Shown piece by piece: positions 17,101 to 23,774 of a stretch of DNA of 55,424 nt (position 1 is its first letter; the number at the start of each line of letters is the position of its first letter). Source of the stretch: a virus (lineage: Duplodnaviria > Caudoviricetes); the IMG/VR virus record IMGVR_UViG_3300017589_000282, positions 1 to 55,424 of that record, one strand, 5' to 3'. Position numbers and translations under genes: made by a program. The notes beneath the pieces were generated by a model. It was not told where the DNA came from, did no database searches, and saw only the letters and a list, made by a program, of their open reading frames with translations.

Positions 17101-19448
17101 TTTATAACAAGATCAACGGGATGTACGAGTATTATGTACCATTAAGAGGCTTTGCGGAAGATACAGCCGCTGACGTGTACGAATACTTCACAGAACAGGT
17201 AAGCCCCTTTAATAATCCGCTAAAGAAAGCGTATGGACGTAAGAGTAAACCCGAAACCCCATTCGCTCACATTGTTTCAGCCGCAGGAAGTTCTATTGTA
17301 GGAGGAAACAAAAACATCATGAAGTTGCACCTATTGAGATTGGCGCAAAACAATCCATCTGACTACATGACCGTAAACAAAGCCTGGTATGTAGACAACG
17401 GACAGATTGATCCGGAAACAAATAAACCGATTTATGACGCTGTATTCCCGGAGTATTCGGAGAATATGGATGAGTATAGAGCAAATGTAGAGGAATTTGA
17501 GGCTGAGATGGAAGAACTCAAAGCACAGGGTATAGCCTTCAAGGGTACAAAGAAGTTGAAGCCAGGATATAAGATATCAAAAGTTGAAACGAGCGAACAC
17601 ATGGTAAGGGCTATGTTGAACGGAGAGGAACATTTTATCCTGGTACATGGTGATCCTCGTGTTGCGCAGGCTATAAATGGGTTAAACGACACTGGTAGAC
17701 AGGAAAGCAAGTTTATGAAAGCTGTTGCATGGAGCAATAGACAGATGGCCGCAAACTTTACCACTAGAAACCCGTCCTTTATTGCGAGTAACCTTGTTCG
17801 TGACGTTGTGTTTGCTTCTACGGCTCTTTCCGTAAAGGAAGGATCAAAGTACACATTCAAGTTTGAAAAGAATGTATTCGGAGGAAAAGCCGGGGGCGCA
17901 CTTGGTAGATTTTTGAAAGGGAAACCAAACTACAACAATGAAGCGGATGTATTCCTAAAAGAGTTCCTGGAGAATGGGGGTGAAACAGGCTATACGGCTT
18001 TGTACAATATTGACAAGTACAAAAAGATGATTGCCCGGAGTGTTGAAGTTGGAACGAAAGCGTCTATAAAGGATAGCTACATGAATGTTGTAGATATATT
18101 CTCAAATGGCGCAAGATGGGCGGAGGATTTATCCAGGTTCTCTGTTTACATGACGAGCAGACAATCGGGACGTACTATTCTAAAATCGGTAAACGATGCA
18201 AAGGAAGTAACCGTAAACTTTAACCGTAAAGGTTCGGGTTCCCATGGAGCCGGGTTTGCTAGAGGTGCTTACTTATTCTTTAATGCTGCAATCCAATCAC
18301 TAAGTAATGCCGCTACCCTGATCAAGAAAGAACCTGTTAAAGCATCGGCTGCCATGTTGGGATTCGCTTCTGTTGGCTATCTGATTCCGGTTATTGTGTC
18401 TATGCTTGGTGATGATGATGATTTGGAGAGATACAACAATCTTCCGGATTACGTTCGTAAGAATCACTTATGTATTCCAATGGGGGATGGCTTCGTTAAG
18501 ATACCGTTACCAATTGAATTAAGGGCTTTCTACGGACTTGGAGATCAATTGTACAGAATGGCTACCGGATCGGATCACATGGGCGAATCGCTTCTTAATA
18601 TGGCTTTGTCGTTTATGGATATGCTGCCTCTTAACCCTGTAGGTGGAGGTGATACCTTGGGTAATCTTCTTCCGGATGCCCTTGTTCCTGTTTATCAATC
18701 ATACGGATCAAATAAAGACTTTACAGGCAAGCCAATCGCAAGGGTTACTCCGTTCAATGAGTTTGATCCGGAATATCTGAAAGTGTATAAGAATGCCAAC
18801 GTGATCCCGGTCTATGTTTCCCAATTGCTAAACAGTGTTTCCGGTGGGGATGATGTTAAAAAGGGAGGCTATGATAAGGCGATGGGTATATTCGGAACAC
18901 CCGTAAACTTTTCTAACCCGGCTGCATTCGAACATTTGTTTGAATCTTACTTCGGGGGATTGTGGTCTACTACGAATCAGCTAATGAAAACAGCAGCCAA
19001 TGGGGTAGGGATTGCGAAAGATATAGCAACCGGAGAAGATAACTTTGATTGGAGCGAAAGCCAGGGATGGAGAACAACCCCAATTCTGAACAGATTCATT
19101 GATGATGGAAAGTCTAACGGAGCTATGTCAAAGATTAACGACCGTTATTTCAAAGCTGTAAAGGAAATGAAAGAAACGAAGTATCTTATCAGAGGCTATG
19201 AAGAAAAGTTAGACAGCAATCTATCAGTGATTGAGGCTATGAAAGTATCTTCTAAGATTGCAGAGCTGGAATCCGGCAAGATTGGAGAGAGAATGTATCT
19301 GATTGAAGATTATACTAAAGATATTGAATCATTAAACAAAGAATCGCAGGATGTCCCTAAAGATAAACGAAGCGAAATTGTTGAAACGATGAATGATCTT
19401 AAATCAAGGATGCTTGAAAAGCTGAAAGAGATAGATAATCGAAATTAA
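8148..19448 (+). CDS. Giant polyvalent virion/ejection protein: InPase-like, LPD1/zincin, ART-like, LPD3, MuF-C-like, metallopeptidase and LPD38-like domains
   Basis: PTEAQKEAGNY...DGDHVDVF...FDEHK (~11410-11815); FRGVEFGNW...AHEWFH (~12880-13620); APNGK...WFGDW plus SKVVDENGEPLVMYRG...GYDG...NQIKS (ART-like, ~13700-14935, split); YYDHKLTKIEKG (LPD3-like); LPNAIANPIAIF (MuF-C-like, ~15140-15570); HEVVGH (15939-15956). Confidence 0.85.
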   Translation: MAIDLSKLKSVQLASKKSEVDVDSLVDNLFAEDSTEQVAQEPIIKATSPAVPNTKEEVQPKEDGFWNTYLGDTIEKIGAGLNNYVSNTAGWMDKGARKINDLVGDTSGAHTSESGKPVSGAFGDISKSAKKVATGLRADSDRYKGKKFGELWKDDKAAAIGDIFLQASESLAPSMMAAFTGPLGVPSLGASAANEKYDVLDESNPNMAEVPKMINALLTGTAEAGSEYLGSVPVGKWLKGMYSKVGSEAAQAQLQKGLAGWIGNNAKKLGVFFPPVAEGTEEIASQVAENITDWATGARPDFNPMEGVLESFVYGAGGGAQFSAMSLPSYGMRVADKAKTGYDLRKATKSFDSLFQDENAANVVSGLNSMSTEEQASWLEAVSQSPDYSEEQKKAAADLLQSSLSYNARRSPEEYKADKENRDQLFIDTEMRNFDSYLSPMIAENGMIQQVKIGDEEVYITKGDISLTANEVGKPVFDPINSSDQLYYTDKDGNTQVTSSKMVTEVLDVQDSEALRQQHLQNVMYGLEQRNNQSSQMAQEVTIENGDPVQFLDPSTGKMVEGIAVDTALPDVIQMEDGRVIPREQVMPNLQSKDAVINPPADETKNDPILAQEGVAVEEEQAVPGSPVIDYLKDKEGNADYDNIDDPLEYAAALTAEYPGEELDIINQDLEFANQELESAKNVKSAIESRKKMKVAQDKIDRLNSFKAVFDTNNKVVDPIEQADPLEDDQESIQDIDLSQLSEPERRVHISQNSNDPLELADLYDQVKDEFEVSQMMPWEAALVGRKISKDSFIENSDKNNVTGAIAKSWFADKDHARKAGLDVIAAELSEYGTPVTENDIVEFVLSHPNNNVKKTNQVAIDTNRRFKEVVKALTGENVGGLESTSGKLVLAGLKAGVRSEQEKQAQPFNSYTVPDAVLNFFEETGLSPDDFDSFEALNDAISIELEKGTFVFPLGESDLQTINNIVQHGIRQQGNYQDFASRVEKAGIQRTAQQPIFETAAAETAIQPITGATDTATDTGGIELQPEIIPEEFQEQEQEQPEELEYTPEEMAEIDAAVSDNRPLMDVIKEVAQSHEITQAEKQVNIDPTEAQKEAGNYKMGHVSINGFDVTIENPKGSTRSGVDAEGKPWSIDMANSYGYIKGTKGKDGDHVDVFVGNSPLSDKVFVVDQINKDGSFDEHKVMMGFNSIEEAQAAYLANYEQGWTGLGSITEMSVDEFRSWVKDGVKSDPVVEVVEEQAKQPVPTVMDEAKEATKKLDVEDSKNKPSDQIPIDNNIQPISSEEVLGVRGETNKAKSVKSKAAPSNDVSVQAEKIEDFGEKIGGAKKDLVKEYRDRMGRVTEDDVLELPLSKSFPRPDFKKLVEEGVITENQAIYMSYLYDKIESKPRQANKAGHWASRVHDVITMFNETVDGKSSPNLMEDAINKMRGYNPVVELEMTAYMDIMKKMGFPNNPVTLGQYSITQLWNGSWFYLMKGKYVVKKSQDYKEIVNMLAELLEQPKAKKEVKLSIYRSRKSGLYYIGKSIPGKDPVKLSKDFNEQKEVVQYLKDNNAELVQLWEKMNVNPEERRESNRTRKGTDWRGKKDVTPELFGNTFGFRGVEFGNWVNKSERQSALNDAYDALMDLSSIIGVSPKALSLGGGLSLAFGARGGSKASAHYEPSKVVINLTKTKGAGSLAHEWFHALDNYFSKRRGENGEFMTKNANKRNNDTTRQELLNAFEDLVATIYESDMRRRSNRLDATRSKAYWGQNVEMAARAFESYVIDKLNSRNEQNDYLANVKSMNEWSEGGAFDISSYPYPNETESPVIGEKFDQLFQTIEEKEDEDGNQILFRDGASETDKIKAEAEKNGTFLKAPNGKGSILNEKQWLHVRTKAFKDWFGDWEKAYRIEKLRKSNPVEITGDEIEPSNDLKQYKKNALEYGKTIRGEYTNKDSGASIIVSAGTKRGGIREILQHDYKDIEHLQSIAAIPKIIEDSIFVEELENEDSKAPDVSAYHYYVCGLKINDADYTVKAVVAVSKNGERYYDHKLTKIEKGKLLSTLPEIQKSGEESNQPLSDIKDKRLISILKVNSSKVVDENGEPLVMYRGHDASQNSYSTKLNTPTFTSSKEAATVYSEDHENGVVTDAFVNTKNPLSIGDEYGSVTIYDLKSLLPVNVFESIASSVRWMYSGDHATLKEVLEDAKDNKSALKEAYTETFLIADNRDFVEWAQSQGYDGFIYKGFFSDSNSLDDDFLSEIRPFNENQIKSSTDNNGNFDSYNDDIRYKENADKQRMSEWLSKQRYNSAEVEKLFGHDTNILDSFDNSDLEPGNISSEVEQLYPSQNNSVRIIHDINDQFNKELIQQIEGVLPKDHIYKLGMPSEALLSAGIPSFPIELKSERLGYKSTSGKHDYDISEVVGLPNAIANPIAIFKYGDEKKAQNIITELEHNGEKFLVGISITPKIKGHVLEINSVRNVFPKNSESIVDWINGGKMLYSNKEKLLSFLDQQRTNHADVAFVFPNESVKQGYPEALLSATNIVNSFENPTLEQGNILSEIETLSSLLNTPVRIVRDVNEISDKDRDIEKRMRKSRGWYDTRTGEVVIVFQKNRSVADAQKTVLHEVVGHLGLRKLLGSEFAPTMESIFDSLPTDLQVVLNQKYGSKVLSAEEYASTMAETMSDPGIIQRIVSAFKDAMRKLGVKLKMTDGDIMNLLWKSKNRLTDGDTAFEIMGKMSKAESVKKETESFDRVFRDSATLNDTMDEMSDDPVIKAEMHASIKSKSFQWQEGYQDRMLAVKKLQELLEKHTGKKLPDHMNVYIFENTLSSRNTYEIEQYKELYTNKMMENVKAFISKGYSMPEVENYVIAKHGLERNDYFRINALLDEVNALEKNDAYLEWLPDAIRSNSEKFQARVAKDKAALLEEIGTRKFSEIEGLSMFPIEKIRQRLAKRDFAGITALEKELEMSAQEYIDITEGRFENETKELWKSINAATKASLKKWFDSGMINKEVYNKINGMYEYYVPLRGFAEDTAADVYEYFTEQVSPFNNPLKKAYGRKSKPETPFAHIVSAAGSSIVGGNKNIMKLHLLRLAQNNPSDYMTVNKAWYVDNGQIDPETNKPIYDAVFPEYSENMDEYRANVEEFEAEMEELKAQGIAFKGTKKLKPGYKISKVETSEHMVRAMLNGEEHFILVHGDPRVAQAINGLNDTGRQESKFMKAVAWSNRQMAANFTTRNPSFIASNLVRDVVFASTALSVKEGSKYTFKFEKNVFGGKAGGALGRFLKGKPNYNNEADVFLKEFLENGGETGYTALYNIDKYKKMIARSVEVGTKASIKDSYMNVVDIFSNGARWAEDLSRFSVYMTSRQSGRTILKSVNDAKEVTVNFNRKGSGSHGAGFARGAYLFFNAAIQSLSNAATLIKKEPVKASAAMLGFASVGYLIPVIVSMLGDDDDLERYNNLPDYVRKNHLCIPMGDGFVKIPLPIELRAFYGLGDQLYRMATGSDHMGESLLNMALSFMDMLPLNPVGGGDTLGNLLPDALVPVYQSYGSNKDFTGKPIARVTPFNEFDPEYLKVYKNANVIPVYVSQLLNSVSGGDDVKKGGYDKAMGIFGTPVNFSNPAAFEHLFESYFGGLWSTTNQLMKTAANGVGIAKDIATGEDNFDWSESQGWRTTPILNRFIDDGKSNGAMSKINDRYFKAVKEMKETKYLIRGYEEKLDSNLSVIEAMKVSSKIAELESGKIGERMYLIEDYTKDIESLNKESQDVPKDKRSEIVETMNDLKSRMLEKLKEIDNRN
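11053..11217 (+). CDS. Candidate overprinted 54-aa ORF in the +1 frame inside the giant gene
   Basis: MESDNKETIKTSLQELKKQGFKEQLNNLFLRQQQLKQQSNQSQEQPIQQPIPEE, preceded by A-rich aacaacatagtacaac, in a linker region of the main protein. Confidence 0.35.
   Translation: MESDNKETIKTSLQELKKQGFKEQLNNLFLRQQQLKQQSNQSQEQPIQQPIPEE
14233..14325 (-). ncRNA. Candidate antisense sRNA with its promoter, embedded after the LPD3-like domain
   Basis: TATCTTTG at 14318-14325; 17-position outer stem 14241-14257/14295-14311 with 16 pairs, G-U only on the - strand; inner CCCGA/UCGGG hairpin; U-rich 3' end. Confidence 0.6.
14961..15035 (-). ncRNA. Candidate antisense promoter plus hairpin cassette; paralogue or relic of the 15568-15695 cassette
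   Basis: TATATTTG at 15028-15035; stem 14961-14980/15004-15023; inner CAGCGG/CCGCTG hairpin. Wobble pairs here mostly favour the + strand, so strand is uncertain. Confidence 0.45.
15568..15695 (-). ncRNA. Candidate antisense sRNA with its promoter, embedded after the MuF-C-like domain
   Basis: TATATTTG at 15688-15695; 20-position outer stem 15578-15597/15657-15676 with 19 pairs including 4 G-U on the - strand; inner hairpins CAGCGT/ACGCTG and TTCGT/ACGAA; U-rich tail. Confidence 0.6.
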
Positions 19449-19457
19449 ACTAAAAGC

Positions 19458-19492
19458 AAAAAGCCCCGATCTTCACAGACTGGGGCTTTTTT
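19458..19492. terminator. Bidirectional terminator hairpin with CTTCACAG loop
   Basis: aaaaagcccc gat cttcacag act ggggcttttt, right after the giant gene. Confidence 0.8.
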
Positions 19493-19544
19493 AATGATTC
19501 AAATTAAATACTTGTTTGTAAATTATATATAAATATCTTTTTTT

Positions 19545-19576
19545 AAAGCCTGCCGCCTTCACAGGTAGCAGGCTTT
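19545..19576. terminator. Second hairpin with CTTCACAG loop
   Basis: aaagcctgc cgc cttcacag gta gcaggcttt. Confidence 0.65.
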
Positions 19577-19655
19577 ATCCTTCAACATTAACATAAATTG
19601 AAAAACCACGCTACGAGTATAGGGATTAATTTGCGCATACTCTACAACTGGTAGA

Positions 19656-19994
19656 TTATTTTCGATTCTTTAATGAAACATACTGGAAGTAGAGTTTCTT
19701 TTTCTTCAACATTTCCGCTTTTGTCATAGAGTTGTTATCTGATAGCTTCGTGTAATAGAAACTATCTTCCATGAGTTTTGTATGAGTAACTTCCTTGTTG
19801 ATCATGCGCCTACGCTTCATTCTGTTTACGTCCTCCCTGGATAATGAGATCAGTTTGTCGTTTGCATCCAGGATAACAAAGTATCTACGATTAAACGCTG
19901 ATTGCTTTAGGTCGCATAACTTGATTGCCATCCATAAACGTACTGACTGTTTAGCTAAAAATAACCACGATTTGATAAATGCTGTAATGTTCAT
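19656..19994 (-). CDS. Hypothetical phage protein, basic
   Basis: 112-aa ORF 15 nt downstream of terL. Confidence 0.7.
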   Translation of the reverse strand: MNITAFIKSWLFLAKQSVRLWMAIKLCDLKQSAFNRRYFVILDANDKLISLSREDVNRMKRRRMINKEVTHTKLMEDSFYYTKLSDNNSMTKAEMLKKKKLYFQYVSLKNRK

Positions 19995-20009
19995 AATTTT
20001 GTTTTTTTA

Positions 20010-22034
20010 TTAAAAAGTTGATTCTCCTACTACTATTTTCTTTTTCGATCTTGCCAATTTATCTTGCAGTACGGGTAGGGGCAATTCGTAACAGATATGC
20101 AACCCTGCCATACGAGTGATCAAAACATCATCATGTTTCCCGGCTATAGCCCCAAATGATCCGTTTTCTTTCTTTTCAAACCACCTGGCTTCATTGACGG
20201 CTTCTTCGTCCCGTTCTATATACCCGTTTTCACGAAGTATAGTCGTGTATGTGTCAATTACCATAGTCTTTGTAGACCTGTTCATATGGAAGCCCCAAAC
20301 AGGAGGAACCCCCTCTATAATCTTATCTGCCGGAGTACGGCTATATAAGTTGTCGTAATACTGTGAGATCGTATCGAATATAAACTCTGTATGGTCCCCG
20401 TCTGTATCTCCCTTTCCCTTGTCCGTTTCATGAGTGTTACTTTCAAATACAAGTAAAGCATTGCCGTAATAGGTTGCTATCTGTGCTGACATCCATACAA
20501 GTATATCATGGTCTACGTGTCCTCTCCATTGTGCAACAACTACCGGAACATCTCCGTACATCATCCAGTAACGGTCAAAAACAGTTATTACAGAGTAGTC
20601 GGCTTTTTTTCCTCGTCCCCCAGTATCAACAAATACGACATACCTGTTTTTAATATATTCTTCCGGATATTCCCATATCTTTAAACACCCGTCTTTTTTC
20701 TCTACGAGCTTTATATCTTTTAGCACATCTTTTCTTAGCTCAACTTTTAGTTTGGCTTGCGATGCTGATTTCTTGGCTGTGAGTTCTCCAACGGCTATTG
20801 GAGCCTTGCATGTTTTACGTAGATTTTCCACATCTTCCATGTCAAACACTGGCTGACCGGAGTTTTGGAATGCCTCTACATCATCACTTGGGTATTCTTC
20901 TTTCATGGATGAATCACTAGGTAACTGCCCTCGCATTCCCCTATACCAGTTTATAGCCTGCAATGTTGCACCCTTATTGAATAACCACCATTCGTATGGC
21001 GACATGGATTTTATAAATTCTTCCTCTGGAACATGGAGTTCTTCGGAGTATATATCAATTAGAAACCATTCAACAAATACGGGTACGAAAATTGATACAC
21101 GTTTTGCCGGATTTTCTTCTGTTGCAAGGAGCCATTGAGTATGGAAGAAGTTTCCAATACCCTTTGCTGTTGATTCGTAAACAATGGCCGTATTGGCAAC
21201 ACGTGGGATAATAGAACTTACAGAGCCTATAAGTTCTTCCGGCTTGTTGTTGTCTGTGCGAGGGAAGAATGCTACTTCCGAAAAGTGGACCAGGTAACCA
21301 GACTGTGATCGAACAGAATCCGGTTCAACTGCAGAACCTACCGTAATACGGCAACCCCTTGATTTTACTTCCTTGATGTTTTGCGTACCTTGGTATGGCG
21401 TAAGTTGGATTGGCCCGTTTATTTCCGGATAGTCCTTTACGGCTCTCTCGAACATACCCCGGATATTTCTCGCTGCATCTTGTTTGTGTGCACAAATAAT
21501 ACTACTCCAGTTCTTTACATGTACTAGCTGAATCCATAAGAAATAAAGCTGTGTAAGTGTTGAACCACCCCACTGACGAGCCTTTAAGAGTATAATTCTT
21601 ATCGGCTTCCCGGCCATACGTAACTTTTCCAATTGTTTTAAAAGTCTACGTTGTCCCCGGTTGGCTTTAAAAGGTATATCTCCACCAGAAATTTTATCCT
21701 GTATGACCAGGGATATGTATGCGTAATACTCGAAGTCGTATTTAATCCTTATCTCGTGAAGACCTACGCATATCAATTTTATATTTTCTATCGATGATTC
21801 TTCTCCCTGTTCTTCGAGTAGCTTTTCTATTGATCCTGCACGTTGTAGCTTTTTGCATAAGGATTCATTCTTATACATAGCTTCCGGGATATACTGTTCC
21901 GGTATAGGATGATCGGGGATAACAAGTTTAACCCTGGGAAATGTATCGCTACCCTCCCCGGTTACCGGATCGTACACCTTTCTTATTTCGTGTAGCCTCC
22001 GGTTGTTTTCCTCTATTACCTTTTTTACGTTCAT
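20010..22034 (-). CDS. terL: Terminase large subunit
   Basis: Walker A LKARQWGGST; Walker B VHFSEVAF; YESTAKG; nuclease motifs VDTGG...ADYS...HDDVL. Confidence 0.92.
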   Translation of the reverse strand: MNVKKVIEENNRRLHEIRKVYDPVTGEGSDTFPRVKLVIPDHPIPEQYIPEAMYKNESLCKKLQRAGSIEKLLEEQGEESSIENIKLICVGLHEIRIKYDFEYYAYISLVIQDKISGGDIPFKANRGQRRLLKQLEKLRMAGKPIRIILLKARQWGGSTLTQLYFLWIQLVHVKNWSSIICAHKQDAARNIRGMFERAVKDYPEINGPIQLTPYQGTQNIKEVKSRGCRITVGSAVEPDSVRSQSGYLVHFSEVAFFPRTDNNKPEELIGSVSSIIPRVANTAIVYESTAKGIGNFFHTQWLLATEENPAKRVSIFVPVFVEWFLIDIYSEELHVPEEEFIKSMSPYEWWLFNKGATLQAINWYRGMRGQLPSDSSMKEEYPSDDVEAFQNSGQPVFDMEDVENLRKTCKAPIAVGELTAKKSASQAKLKVELRKDVLKDIKLVEKKDGCLKIWEYPEEYIKNRYVVFVDTGGRGKKADYSVITVFDRYWMMYGDVPVVVAQWRGHVDHDILVWMSAQIATYYGNALLVFESNTHETDKGKGDTDGDHTEFIFDTISQYYDNLYSRTPADKIIEGVPPVWGFHMNRSTKTMVIDTYTTILRENGYIERDEEAVNEARWFEKKENGSFGAIAGKHDDVLITRMAGLHICYELPLPVLQDKLARSKKKIVVGESTF

Positions 22035-22492
22035 AAAACAACAATAATTCCCAGTATCAGTGAAATTATATGCACTACGTTGTTGCTGCCATTAAAGAAT
22101 CCAATTAGCAAAGACACAAGTATGAGTAATATCATAAGTGCGAATTTCTTTTTGCTTGTAATCTTTAATTTCTCTCCTTTAAATGCGTGCCCGATTGTCA
22201 TTCCTATCATTGCGTAAATCATTCCGGATGCACCTACGGTAACTTTGTCGTACTCGGAGAAAAATGAAGCCAGTACAGCGATTAAGTAAGGATAGTAAAA
22301 AGCGTTACTGACCCTGTGTAGTAAATTATAAAAAGAGAGAAAAGATATTGAATTTGCTACCAGGTGTAATAACCCGGCATGTTGGAATACATACGTGAAA
22401 TGTGTGTAGATTGGCGAAGTAAGCGAATAACCTAAAGATGTGTCGAATACAAAATAAACGGCTGTAAGCATCGCTATAAATAAGTAACTCAT
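22031..22492 (-). CDS. Minimal rhomboid-family intramembrane serine protease
   Basis: FTYVFQHAGLLHLVAN (H..H..N), catalytic GASG, C-terminal NVVH, several TM helices; ATGA-coupled to terL. Confidence 0.85.
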   Translation of the reverse strand: MSYLFIAMLTAVYFVFDTSLGYSLTSPIYTHFTYVFQHAGLLHLVANSISFLSFYNLLHRVSNAFYYPYLIAVLASFFSEYDKVTVGASGMIYAMIGMTIGHAFKGEKLKITSKKKFALMILLILVSLLIGFFNGSNNVVHIISLILGIIVVL

Positions 22493-22884
22493 CTTTTTTT
22501 AATTAGTTTGTAGTATAGTAGTTCGGCTGTTCCTTTTGTCATGTAGAATTTTGGCGCAGGCTTACTAAGTACATAATCTATTGCCCCATACAACCCCCTG
22601 GTAGGTCTTATGCTTAGTTCTCGCTTTACCCGGTTTAGAATTTCGTTGTACATTTCCAGCTTTAGGCTTGATTTAATATAAGTACTTTCTCCTTTGATCA
22701 TCTGCCTAATTATTATCACACATTGATCGTGTGTTACATAAAATCTTTTGGCAGGCTGTTCCAATGCTTCAATGATCAACCTATTTTTTTTTATGAATGG
22801 AGCCATCTTCCCGTACCCCTTTAAGACACGATTGTAACTCTCCATGAAGTCCTGGTTCCTTTGGTTAATAAAATCAAGTTTCAT
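22489..22884 (-). CDS. Hypothetical basic protein with an internal duplication; candidate regulator
   Basis: 131 aa, repeated PAKRFYV / PAPKFYM. Confidence 0.65.
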   Translation of the reverse strand: MKLDFINQRNQDFMESYNRVLKGYGKMAPFIKKNRLIIEALEQPAKRFYVTHDQCVIIIRQMIKGESTYIKSSLKLEMYNEILNRVKRELSIRPTRGLYGAIDYVLSKPAPKFYMTKGTAELLYYKLIKKR

Positions 22885-22949
22885 AATATAGGATTTAGTA
22901 TTATGTCAACGAGGATAACTATTTAAAACCACAAATGCAATTGATTCCT

Positions 22950-22991
22950 AATTTACGGATTAGAATAAGCCTCTATCATCCTTTATTTCGT
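22950..22991 (+). promoter_or_regulatory. Late motif AATTTACG-N26-TATTTCGT
   Basis: 22950-22957 and 22984-22991, upstream of the scaffold/capsid operon. Confidence 0.7.
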
Positions 22992-23018
22992 TCGTGTGAT
23001 TTCACAAAATAAAATAGC

Positions 23019-23756
23019 ATGGAAAAAGAAGAACAGGTACAGGAAGAAAAAAAGTTATCTAATCGGGAGCAATACCTAGCCAGAATGAAAGCCAGGAGAG
23101 GTAATGTCGATTATGAAGATGAAGAAGCCCGTTATGGAGCTTTCTTGCAAGACGACGACGACCGGGAATCCGCTTTAACAAAGCATCGGGAATCTGACGC
23201 TAAGTTGTCGGGAATGTTTAAAAAAGATCCTCGGTTTGCAGCCTTGCTTAATGATGCAATTGAGGGTGGAGATGTTTCTACATCATTTGTTAAGCGTTAC
23301 GGCAAAGATGTGCTTGATGCTGACGAGGAGAGTTTGGCAAAAATCGCAGAAGCAAATCAAGAGTTTCTAAACAAAGCTGCTGAAAGCGACAAACTATACC
23401 AGGAACAGCAAGCCAACTTGGAAAAATCTGCAGAAGGTATGTCGTCTTTCAAAGAAGAAAAAGGAATGGATGATGACCATTTCGAGGGATTCCTCGGAAA
23501 GGTGTACGAGGCTCTCGAAGCCGGGTTCATGGGTAAGCTAACACGTGACTTTTTAGAGATATTCTACAAAGGTCTTTCATACGAAACGGATGTGCGCAAA
23601 GCTGCCGATGCAGGTCTAGTAGAGGGAAGAAACCAAAAGATCGAACTAGAGAACAAAGCCGAACAAGGCGATTCTCTTCCGAATCTTTCCGACACTTCTA
23701 AAGGTGGAAAGCCTAAGCCTATGACAAGGCCAGTTAAAAAGAATTTTTTTGATTAA
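23019..23756 (+). CDS. Putative capsid scaffolding protein
   Basis: Acidic, helical, directly upstream of the capsid gene; no protease motif seen. Confidence 0.6.
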   Translation: MEKEEQVQEEKKLSNREQYLARMKARRGNVDYEDEEARYGAFLQDDDDRESALTKHRESDAKLSGMFKKDPRFAALLNDAIEGGDVSTSFVKRYGKDVLDADEESLAKIAEANQEFLNKAAESDKLYQEQQANLEKSAEGMSSFKEEKGMDDDHFEGFLGKVYEALEAGFMGKLTRDFLEIFYKGLSYETDVRKAADAGLVEGRNQKIELENKAEQGDSLPNLSDTSKGGKPKPMTRPVKKNFFD

Positions 23757-23774
23757 CATTTTAAATAGGAATAT

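Noticed and set aside
22909-22950. Sixth copy of the late motif for the regulator-rhomboid-terL operon
   Set aside because: ATCCTCGT (-) is present at 22909-22916, but there is no AATTTACG at the 26-nt spacing. The same applies to 19613-19620.
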